A model generated the notes under the pieces. It saw only the letters and a list, made by a program, of their open reading frames with translations, was not told the DNA's origin and made no database searches. A stretch of DNA of 64,000 bases from Octopus sinensis (Eukaryota): the NCBI RefSeq assembly GCF_006345805.1, contig NC_042998.1:185008001-185072000 (forward strand), given 5' to 3'. Shown in pieces: positions 51,760 through 62,732 of the stretch. Every line of letters starts with the position of its first letter. The stretch's first letter is position 1. Made by a program: the position numbers and the translations under genes.

Positions 51760-52320
51760 CTCTAAGATGTAGAGCAGTATATATTAAAAATGGGGGAGGC
51801 CGGTTTTATGGGATTGATTATCTTAGGTTTCCCGTCCATAAAGGGTTTAGCTTTATGACATATCGTCAGATCCCCAAACCTGTTGGCCCATGATCTCTTA
51901 AAACTATGGAAGGCGAAATGCCTCACTAATCAAAGGTAGCAATCGGTGATTATCTCCCTTTACTATTGGTTATTGATTTCCGGTTGTATCGCCATCTTGC
52001 GGGCTCCAAAAACTAGCAGCAACCTCCTGAAATGTAAACATAACCCCCAAAATCTCCGTTTTGGATTTAAGGATGTTCGCTGGTTCTAGTGAATCTTTTA
52101 GGATTCTCACGCGTTCAGATATGCATAACTTCTAACGCTAGGCTCTGTTGATGTAGGGGCCAGGGTTCTCGAAGGTTTTCCATGAGATCGAGTATGGAAT
52201 CCCATCGTCCCTTAGTTGCTACGTGTTCTTAGTTGTTACGTATCTCCTTTCCGGAACTCTGAAGGAGGACCTATGGTTAGAGGGACGTTGCTTGAAAGAG
52301 TTCCCGGAAATGTATTTCGG
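51760..52320 (-). mobile_element. Penelope-like element 3' end (GIY-YIG C-terminus plus pLTR-like sequence)
   Basis: Minus frame KYISGNSFKQRPSNHRSSF...LRDDGIPYSISWK...KLCISER...NILKSKTEI, then CLHFRRLLL after a frameshift; hammerhead-like core at 51827-51869. Confidence 0.75.
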
Positions 52321-52345
52321 TGGGGGGGGGGTCGGTACTGTACCT

Positions 52346-52578
52346 GCGGCGAGCTGGCAGAATCGTTAGCGCGCCGGGCGAAATGCTAAGCGGTATTTCG
52401 TCTGCCGTTACGTTCTGAGTTCAAATTCCGCCGAGGTCGACTTTACTTTCATCCTTTCGGGGTCGATAAATTAAGCACCAGTCACGCACTGGGGTCGATG
52501 TAATGGACTTAATACCTATGTCTGTCCTTGTTAGTCCCCTCTATGTTTAGCCCCTTGTGGGTAATAAAGAAATAGGTA
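52346..52578 (+). mobile_element. SINE family A monomer with a 14-bp target-site duplication
   Basis: GGTACTGTACCTGC at 52334-52347 and 52575-52588. Confidence 0.93.
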
Positions 52579-53062
52579 CTGTACCTGCTGGTGTTGTTGT
52601 TGTTGCTGCTGTTGTTGCTGCTGTTGCCACCAACATTCTTGTTGTTGGAGCTGGAACTACTGGTGTTGGCGTTGGCGTCGCTGGAGGTGGTGGTGGCGTC
52701 GGTAATGGTATCGCCACTGCCGGTTATGGTGAAACCGCTGTTATTGTTATTATGGTCTTCGTCATTGGTGGCAGAGTTGCCATTGCTGCAAGAGGTGTCA
52801 TTAGCTGTGGTGCGCTGCTGCTGCTGTTATTTCCGTTATAGCTGGCGGTGGCAATGGACCTGTTGCTGCTGCTATAGGGGTTGTCAGGTCTGCTTCTGGA
52901 ATTTTGTTAATATAGTTTAAGAATGACACTCTCGGCCGGAAGAGGCGTGTTTATAAATGTTCAGTATCTTTTTTTGTTTAGAGTAGGCGCACCTACTTTC
53001 CCCGTCGTCTGCAGAAAGTGAAAACTAAACAAATAGTGTTGAAGTTATCGCTTGCCTTATCT

Positions 53063-53472
53063 CTCTTTTACTCTTTACTCTTTTACTTGTTTCAGTCATT
53101 TGACTGCGGCCATGCTGGAGCACCGCCTTTAATCGAGCAACTCGACCCCGGGACTTATTCTTTTGTAAGCCCAGTACTTATTTGATCGGTCTCTTTTGCC
53201 GAACCGCTAAGTTACGGGGACATAAACACACCAACATCGGTTGTCAAGCAATGCTAGGGGGACAAATTCAGACACACAAACACACACACATATATATATA
53301 CATATATACGACGGGCTTCTTTCAGTTTCCATTTACCAAATCCACTCACAAGGCTTTGGTCGGCCCGAGGCTATAGTAGAAGACACTTGCCCAAGGTGCC
53401 ACGCAGTGGTACTGAACCCGGAACAATGTGGCTGGTAAACAAGCTACTTACCACATAGCCACTCCTGCGCCT
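53063..53472 (-). mobile_element. SINE family B, full length, young
   Basis: Ends CCACTCCTGCGCCT; complete tail. Confidence 0.93.
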
Positions 53473-53697
53473 ATCTGAAAACTTTTTTGGAGATTCGTAA
53501 TACCATGTGCTTATTCGTTGGTTCTAATAACACAAATAGATGTATGGTGCAATACAGCAATGAGGCAAAACGCGACAGCACGATAAATAAAGGCAGCACT
53601 ACTGCCATCAGTAGACTGATGGCAAGAACAAGATTGTAGTACGATGCAATGCCACCATCACCACCACCACCACCACTAACAACAACAACACTGTGAA

Positions 53698-53815
53698 GGC
53701 GCAATGGCCCAGTGGTTAGGACAGCGGATTCGCGGTCGTAAGAACGCGGTTTCGATTCCCAGACCGGGCACTGTGAGTGTTTATTGAGCAAAAACACCTA
53801 AGTTCCACGAGGCTC
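53698..53815 (+). mobile_element. SINE family C 5' half
   Basis: A box TGGCCCAGTGG, B box GGTTTCGATTCCC; matches the head of 10612-10910. Confidence 0.8.
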
Positions 53816-55889
53816 TTCTTACTTCTGCCACAAAGCAGAAGAACCATGGTGAAACCCACTTTCAGACCCTAGTCTAGATTGCGAATCCTCTGTACCCCAG
53901 GATGGTTCAGCTCTCCACCCATTAAAAGCCACCGTTTACGGAATGAGGATAACAACGTGGCTTTCGCGCCCGTGCAACCGCCAGTCTATCGCGTGTGGTG
54001 GGTGGATCTTCAAGTTGCCACACGCATTCTTAGTAGCTTAGAGTAGAAGACACTAGAATTGCTTTCACAGTGGAATTGGCAAATATCACCTCTACCAGCT
54101 GCAACAATAACACAAGCTTATAAGCAAAGTAGCTTCTAAAACTGTCTCTTTTACAAGTGCTGCAAAATCCACTGAGAAATTATAATTACGGAACAGAATG
54201 ATTGAGAAAAGCCAGAATAATTCTGGGAAAGCAAAACAGTAAGATCATTTTAGCAGTGCTTCAGGAGTGGGGAGGGATAAACAATATTAAAAAATGTAGA
54301 ACAATATACTGAAACATAGGCACAAACGGTCACAGCATAAAGAGACTGTGATAGATTCAAGTGGAAAAGTGCCTGACAGGAAAACTTTTGTTACCTGCGG
54401 CAAGTACTAAGAAGAGGTGGTCGTGAGGTTACCCTCTGAGGATGAGGTGAGAAATCAAGAATAAGAAGATAATTCTTATTCTTATCCAGCGAGTGGTGAA
54501 GGGATGGTGGTGGTGGATGGTGATGATGGTGCCGCCAGAAATAGATACCTATTCGATAACATTCTTAACCAGCGAAGAGGACGGATTAAGTAACCTTAAG
54601 GTTTACAAGTTACACAGGGAGAAATGATCGGTGATTGGCAAGGATCACTTGATTTTAAAAGATATGGGGAAGCTCGAAGTAACTCCGATCTGATCAAGTT
54701 ATCTGACAGCACAGCTTCCAGAGGTTTGCAGCAATTGTTGGTAGAATGACTGCGTGTCACGGTAGAGAAGAAAAAAGAAGGATGGCCCACACTACTACAA
54801 CACCACAACCTTAACAACAAGAACAATATGGATGAATAAGCTTAGCAACAACAACAATAGTTTAGAGCAACACCTTGCATCAAAAGAACAGGTTCCATCA
54901 CCATAACCACAATCAAAGAATCACCCTATCTGCAATGATCCAAATGACAGAATTGTACTCGTGCACGAACTCATATTCTCACACGTACATCTCCCTTCTC
55001 CGGCAGACTTTTCTTTCTCCGAGACCTCGTCGTGCGAAGATTCGAGACGAGCAAGTCGTAAGAGGTCGAACTTTACTTCAAATGAATTCGAAGAAAAATT
55101 CAGCTTTATTACCACAAAAAAAAAATAATAAAATCAAAGAACATTTTGACTAAAATGTTCATACAAATATAGTAGATATACTACATTCAAAAATTAAACT
55201 TATACAACACAGTATTGCAGAATATGTCATTGAATCAACAAGAAATGTGATTTTAAGTAAAATTACCTTAAAGAAATTTTAAAATATTTATCATTACTAA
55301 GCTTCATTTTATAAAGGACATTTTTTGCGGTGATTATTCGCAACAACGTTTCATGATTTGGTTGAATTAGAAGCAATAACACAAAAATGTATAAAATGTT
55401 TTACAGCAAATAATATTTAAATAGAAATGTGTTCATATTCTGACGGAGAGAATACAATGCTTCGACGAGAATCTGTTATACAAAATTAATTCAGGAACTT
55501 CCAGATTTGGTATTGTTTGAGTTATCGGTAAGGAGTTGTTTTGGATGAAACTATAAACGAAATCAGTGAAGTGGCTTTTGTTTATAAAATTGACAATGAA
55601 ATATTTCCCATAACCGGCTTCCTTCAGACTGTTAAAGCAGTTTGGACGTACAGTCCTGGTTTTTCTACGTTTTACTCCAAAGATAGGTTTCTGGCATCGG
55701 AAAGAGCTTGAAAAACAACACATTTATGACAAACTTTGAATTCAGAATTTATTTTACGGAAGTCGTGGTGAAAATTTTGGTGCACAAGCGAAACAATTAT
55801 TGTACTTTTGGCAGATATACGTACAGAGAGAAAGAGAAAGAGAGAGAGAGACAGAAGCACAAATACACACACGCATCGCATATACATAC

Positions 55890-56050
55890 ATAGGAGGAAT
55901 TACAACCGTGTTTCGTGGTCTGCTACCACAACAGCTTCTTTATAGGATCCAGTTAGCTCAAGACATCATCAGGAGGCACCACGTCCGGTTTCGGCCCCTA
56001 CTCCTCCACCGTTTTGACGTGGCGGGGCACCCCCTTTCGAAGGTGTCTTC

Positions 56051-56052
<2 letters not shown>
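55890..56052 (-). mobile_element. GC-rich Penelope-LTR-like fragment with two hammerhead-like cores
   Basis: CTGAAGA (56046-56052)...GAAACCGG (55985-55992); CTGATGA (55966-55972)...GAAAC (55910-55914). Confidence 0.45.
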
Positions 56053-56113
<61 letters not shown>

Positions 56114-56148
56114 CAGAAGATAGATAGATATGTTTCTTTAGATAGATG

Positions 56149-56180
<32 letters not shown>

Positions 56181-57302
56181 CATAGATAGACTGTCAGATA
56201 GATCCATATATTTTCGCATGTGTATGTGTTAATTTTCGCAATCTGCTACAATTTTTAAAGATTTATCAGTGTAAATCTTTGCAATATGCACGTGTATGTT
56301 TGCGTGTTTGTATTTATATCTATAAAAGTAAACACTATATACATACATAGATCCAAATATGAATACATGCATACATGCATGCATACATGCATACATACAT
56401 ACATACATACATACATACATACTTATCATATAAACATAAATACAGACGAACTCACAGATATTCATCATATTTACAATAAGTATATATATATATACACACA
56501 TTCATATATGTATGCATATATGTATATATATGTGTGCATGTGTATGTGTGTATATCTATTATCTTTATATACTTATGTAGGAATTTCTGAATGTATGTAT
56601 GTATGTATGTATGTATGTATGTGTATGTATGTATGTATGTATGTATGTATGCATGTATGTATGTATGAATGAATGCATGTATATATGAGTGTAGGTATGT
56701 ATGTATGAATGTATGTATGTATGTATGTATGAATGAATGCATGTATATATGAGTGTATGTATGTATGTATGTATGTATGTATGTGTGTATGTATGTATGA
56801 ATGAATGCATGTATATATATGAATGTATGTATGTATGAATGAATGCATGTATATATATATGAATGTGTGTATGTATATATGAATGTATGTATGCACATAG
56901 ACAACATAGACATACAGAGGAGCGTCGGTAGTGAAGTGTGAAATATAGATGTATAAAGATATATGGTTGATTGAATTTGTGTATGTGTCTGCTTGTGTAT
57001 CAAATTAACGTCTGTACTTTCTTTAATAGAATTAATAGAAATTCAAATTAAAATATCTTCATACATATTTAAGTACATATATATATATATAAATATACAT
57101 ATATATATATATCCATATATGTATGATATATGCGTTTGTGCAGGCATATATATATATATACACATATATAGGAATAATCGGATATATATATATATGTATA
57201 TGTATATATATACGTATATATATATGTATATATATATATATATATATACATATATATACATATATACATATACATATATATACATATATATATTATAATA
57301 TA

Positions 57303-57334
<32 letters not shown>

Positions 57335-57367
57335 CATATATATATATACATATATATACATATAGAC

Positions 57368-57426
<59 letters not shown>

Positions 57427-57720
57427 ATATTATATATATACACACACTCACAGACACAAATTGATAGCAATGTATTACTAGACGTACAAAGGATAGAAAC
57501 CCGCGCTTTTTCAAGTTTGATTTATATTTATGTATATACGTGTGTGTATGTATGTGCGTGTGTTTGTATGTATGTAAGTGTTTGTATGTGTGTGTATGCA
57601 TATATGTATGTAATCATACATACACTTACATAAACATATATATGTCTATATATGTGTGTGTTATATATATATATATGTGTGTGTGTGTGTATGTATGTGC
57701 GTGTGTGTGTGTGGTGTGTA
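56052..57720. repeat. (TAGA)n, (CATA)/(TATG)n, (TA)n and (TG)n microsatellite complex
   Basis: Direct reading. Confidence 0.93.
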
Positions 57721-57990
57721 TGATTCACCTTTCCTAATAAGGAAAAATGATATGTGCAATAAATTATGTTTTTTTTTAATAACTAATCTGATATTGAATT
57801 AAATTAAATTGTTTACATACTGTTTATAATTATGTGTGCATATAAACATATATGACTAATATGGAATGGAAAGAGAACGGAGTCCCTAATGCGATCGAAC
57901 TCACACCCCCTTATTTGAAGAATTAAATGAGGATGGCATCAATTCTGAGACTTGATCGTCTGGGTGCACCTTACCTAACTGGAAAATATT

Positions 57991-58570
57991 CTTTTCTACT
58001 CTAGGTACAAGGCCCGAATTTTTGGGGAGGGGACCAGTCGATTAGATCGACCCCAGAATGCAAATGGTACTTAATTTACCGACCCCGAAAGGGTGAAAGT
58101 CAAAGTCAACCTCGGCGGAATTTGAGCTCGGAACGTAACGGCAGACGAAATACCTATTTCTTTACTACCCACAAGGTGCTAAACACAGAAGGGACAAACA
58201 AGAACAGACAAACGAATTAAGTTGATTATATCGACCCAGTGCGTAACTGGTACTTATTTAATCGACCCCGAAAGGATGAAAGGCTAAGTCGACCCCGGCG
58301 GAATTTGAACTCAGAACGTAACGGCAGACGAAATACCTTTTTCTTTACTACCCACAAGAGGCTAAACACAGAGAGGACAAACAAGGGCAGACACACGGAT
58401 TAAGTCGATTATATCGACTCCAGTACGTAACTGATAGTTAATTTATCGACCCCCAAAGGATGAAAGGCAAAGTCGACCTCGGCGGAATTTGAACTCAGAA
58501 CGTAACGGCAGACGAAATACCGCTAAGCATTTCGCCCGGCGTGCTAACGCTTCTGCCAGCTCGCCGCCTT
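57991..58570 (-). mobile_element. SINE family A trimer
   Basis: AAATACC recurs at 58148, 58331 and 58515 (periods 183 and 184 bp). Confidence 0.92.
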
Positions 58571-59084
58571 CCTGACTTGAAAATATTGCAAAAATAATAC
58601 AGAGAGAAAGTTCTAGTGTATCAGAGCAACCGTCGATGTACCGAGACCACGCAGAGGACACTGAAAATAAACAAACGAAAAGCTGGATTTTGTAAATGCA
58701 ACCTGACTACGAAATTACAATATGTGTGAGTGTGTATTCATGCAGACATACATACATATGTATGTATGTATGTATGCATGTATGTATGTATGTATGTATG
58801 TATGTATGTATGTATGTATGTATGTGTGTGTGTATGTATGTATGTATGTATGTATGTATGTATGTATGTGTGTATGTATGTATGTATGTATGTAGTATGT
58901 ATGTATGTATGGTGTGTGTATGTATATATATATTATTATATATATATATATAATATAATATATATTAATAAATAAAACATGCATATATATATATATATAT
59001 AATATATTAATAAATAAAACATATGTATATATATGTACATATATGTACGTACCTACCTCTACATGTATATATACACGCAATATG

Positions 59085-59405
59085 AGTACCGGACACCAAA
59101 AAAACGTCGAACACCAATGAGAAACGAAAACATAGACACAAACCAAGGAACTGGACATTTTCTAAACAACAAAAAAATAGAGTACAGGACAAAACACAAG
59201 AAAAAACCCTTCTTCAGTCGCCATGGTTTCATCTACTCTACGTTTCGAAGGTGAAGGCGAGACGTATCTTCGATAAGAAACTTTACTTCCTGCGAAAAGC
59301 AAATCAAATAAAATTTGAGATCTTTTTGCAGAGGGGTAAAAATGGTAACAAAACCAGGACAGTAACAACAGTACAAAATATAAGCAGTAAAAGACAGGAC
59401 AAGGA
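59085..59405 (-). mobile_element. Penelope-LTR-like short element with degenerate hammerhead-like motifs
   Basis: Minus-strand CGAAGA...CTTCGAAACGT (59240-59275), GAAACCATGG (59221-59230), CTGAAGAAGGG (59207-59217); layout similar to 36556-36766. Confidence 0.4.
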
Positions 59406-59420
59406 AAATATATATATGTA

Positions 59421-59790
59421 GGCGCCAGTATGGCTGTGTAGTAAGAAGGTTGCTTCCCAACCACTTGACTCTGGCTTCAGTCTCACTGCATGGTACCTTG
59501 TACTATAACTTCAACGCCTTGTGAGTAGATTTGGTAGACGGAAACTGAAAGAAGCAAGTCGTATATATGTGTGTATATATTTATGGGTGTTTGCGTCTTT
59601 GTGTCTATGAGTCTGTGTTTGACAACCGATGTTGGTGTGTTTATGTCCCCGTAACTTAGCGGTTCGGCAAAAGCGAAAGATAGAATAAATACTAATCTTA
59701 TAAAGAATAACTCCTGGGGTCGATTTCTCCGACTAAAAACCTTATAACACGGTGCTCCAGCATGACCGCAGTCAACTGATCAAAACAATT
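59421..59790 (+). mobile_element. SINE family B, decayed full length
   Basis: GGCGC..TATGGCTGTGTAGTAAG head; CGGTGCTCCAGCATGACCGCAGTC tail. Confidence 0.85.
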
Positions 59791-59802
59791 ATAATAATAA
59801 AA

Positions 59803-59838
<36 letters not shown>

Positions 59839-61139
59839 TTAAATATGGCGCCCTTGTCCTTTCCTACACGTCAGTTATACAAGTAGCTACTCTCACTAGC
59901 TCTGCTGATGATACAAAACTATTTTAGGCAATTAAGAATCTTGGTTCTCAATTGGTTATATAAATATGTTTACATACATACATGCATACATACATATACA
60001 CACACATACACACACACACTTGTATGTATGTGTACGTATTGCTGATTTCTACAGGTGTAAAATTTATGAACACGTAGCATACACACACCCACACAAACAC
60101 ACGCACACAGATAAGTGTGTGTGTGTGTGTGATAGATATACATATATACATACTTTACATATATGCAATATATATACATACACACACACGCACACACACT
60201 ACACACACACATGCAGACATATATATATATATATATATATTATAATATATATATATATATTATATATATATATATAATATACATATATATATGGGGCGGT
60301 ATGAATGTAAATTTGTGTACACCAACAAACACACAAACACACACATTTATGTGTTATATATTTCTTATACATACATTTGTAGACATATGGTTACATAGAC
60401 ATATAAGAGATATAAGATGTACGTATGTGCGTTCGTATGTATGCATTTCCATGAGTTTATATATGCATATATATAAATATATATATAGATATATGAAAAA
60501 GCTATTATGTGCAAAATATGCATTCACACGTTCACACACACACACACACACATAAACACACACACACACACACACTCGCGCCCGCGCACGCTCACGCTCA
60601 TTCTCTGTCTAGTTCATTCTGGGATTAGGAATAAATATAGTGACCCGCCTGCGGCTCAGCGGACCACAATAAAGAGCCAGGTCAAATCGATCACTTTTCG
60701 CGATATTCTTGCCTTTGGCGACTTAGCAAGCCCCAAACAAATTTATGACCAGAATGCCTCGAGCATCTTTCCGTTTCCATTCTTCCTAATTTGTTCCTAA
60801 ATAGCAGAGCAGCGAGGCTCTTTCTTTATCACAGTTATATACATCACAGTTTTTTCCCGCCTCCACCATCCTTAATTTTCTGGTAGAAAGTTAGGAAGCT
60901 CTCAAGATATAATATCGAATGAAGAACACGCACAGTAATATTGACACACTCACACGCAGTCAAGCATTCACAAGCGCACAAGGCACGCAGGCATCCGCAT
61001 GTGAAGTGCATTCATACATACACGCACACGACACAGAATGACATAGAGATGTACTCATGACGCACATGAACGACACAAATTGTCAACAGATACATATGAA
61101 TACTACACACAAACACGCACACCCAAACGCTCACATACG

Positions 61140-61239
61140 NNNNNNNNNNNNNNNNNNNNNNNNNNNNNNNNNNNNNNNNNNNNNNNNNNNNNNNNNNNNN
61201 NNNNNNNNNNNNNNNNNNNNNNNNNNNNNNNNNNNNNNN
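61140..61239. other. Assembly gap (100 N)
   Basis: Run of N. Confidence 1.
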
Positions 61240-61325
61240 AGGGAACGTAGAAGATTTCAATACAAGGTCAGAGGTGGGCTTAAATTCAACTCTGAAAACA
61301 CGAGTAACTCCGGGTCCAACAGCTA

Positions 61326-61327
<2 letters not shown>
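61240..61327 (+). mobile_element. Possible Helitron 3' terminus
   Basis: CGAGTAACTCCGGG (decayed hairpin) followed by CCAACAGCTAG|T, then (TA)n. Confidence 0.35.
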
Positions 61328-61380
<53 letters not shown>

Positions 61381-61454
61381 TGTATATGTATGTAAAATAT
61401 AAATATACATTCGTATACACATATAATACACTCTCATACGCGCGCATATATATA

Positions 61455-61502
<48 letters not shown>

Positions 61503-61802
61503 AATATGACGTATATGTGCGTGTATGTATGTATGTATACCTGCCTAAATAAACGCATTAAATGCATATATATGCATTTATATTGCTGCGAGGAGGGTAT
61601 CCTTTTTTTTTTCTTTTTGCAGCAGTAGTGCAGATAATAAGTTCTATTTTTGTGAAATAAAAGAGAAAGAATAATCACGAATAAAGGAAATACCTAATTA
61701 TGAAACACAAATAGAGAGAAAGAAGGGAGAATCAAATCGGAGTGTGACTAAGGGTGACTAAAGTGACTAAAGTAACTAAAGTTTCTTATGTTAATAATTC
61801 AA

Positions 61803-62275
61803 AAAGGTTGAAACAGCTAAGTCCCTGGAGAGAAGATGGGAGAGGTATGCAGTAATATATATCTGGAAGATCCTGGAAGGAATTATACCAAATTTTGGCA
61901 TTGAAAGCTACACCAACGACAGAACGGGACGACACTGCATAGTGCCAAATGTCCCAGCAATGCCATCACGCTTCAGGACCAGTTACTGCAACAGCCTGGG
62001 TTTCAAGGGCCCACAACTTTTTTCTATTCTCCCAAAGACTCTGAGGAACTTACACAAAGTAGATGTAGGGGTTTTTAAATCAAAGCTGGACCTCTTCCTG
62101 TCGAGAGTCCCAGATGAACCTACCCCACGGCAAGAGGTGCAAACGAGGGTAGCTATATCAAACTCCATTCTTCACCAAGTGCCACATATTAGAGGAGGCT
62201 CTTAGTAATGACAGTGTAGCAAAACGGCGGTGCATCAGCATGGCCACAGCTCTGAGCTGAAACTAGAGATAGAGA
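61803..62275 (+). mobile_element. 5'-truncated CR1/L2-group LINE 3' end
   Basis: SLERRWERYAVIYIWKILEGIIPNFG...GPQLFSILPKTLRNL...FKSKLDLFLSRVPDEP...RGGS* (stop 62203-62205); short 3' UTR with stem-loop and TAGAGA repeat. Confidence 0.85.
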
Positions 62276-62686
62276 AAAAAGCCACAGTACTGTAACTGAT
62301 TCTCGTCAGTAATATAATTCTCAATAGTTGCTGTGGAGTCGTGTCAGTGGCAAGATGGCAGATGTGCAACGAAAATTTTTGGTATAATAGGTTTTAACAA
62401 TTAAGAACTAAAACAAAAGTGAATATTACAATATTTGTGTTGTTAAAAGATTAAAATCATTCTTCCACCATGTAATTGTTCCAGTTTCAACAGACGCTCT
62501 TTGAGCCAGCCACTTGCTGAACATAGAATATTCCGAAATACAAAAGGCTTCAGACTTTAATATAAAAGTTGATCTCTTCACAATATGCAAACATAGTTAG
62601 AAGTTTTAGTTTGTACTCTTTTTTTTAGCCTGAAGGTAAAATATGCATTTAATTTTACTTCTTCGTACCAGCTGTGACCAAATATG

Positions 62687-62732
<46 letters not shown>

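Noticed and set aside
52557-52920. Low-complexity G/V/A/L-rich ORFs
   Set aside because: Degenerate (GTT/GCT/GGT)n trinucleotide tract directly after a SINE TSD; no splice or start context
43500-58570. CRISPR-like or satellite array from recurring GAAAGGATGAAAGGCAAAGTCGACCTCGG
   Set aside because: Eukaryotic SINE concatemers; no unique spacers and no cas genes
61743-61782. 9-bp tandem GTGACTAAA x4 just before the LINE
   Set aside because: Short local slippage repeat; no evidence that it belongs to the LINE or has a function
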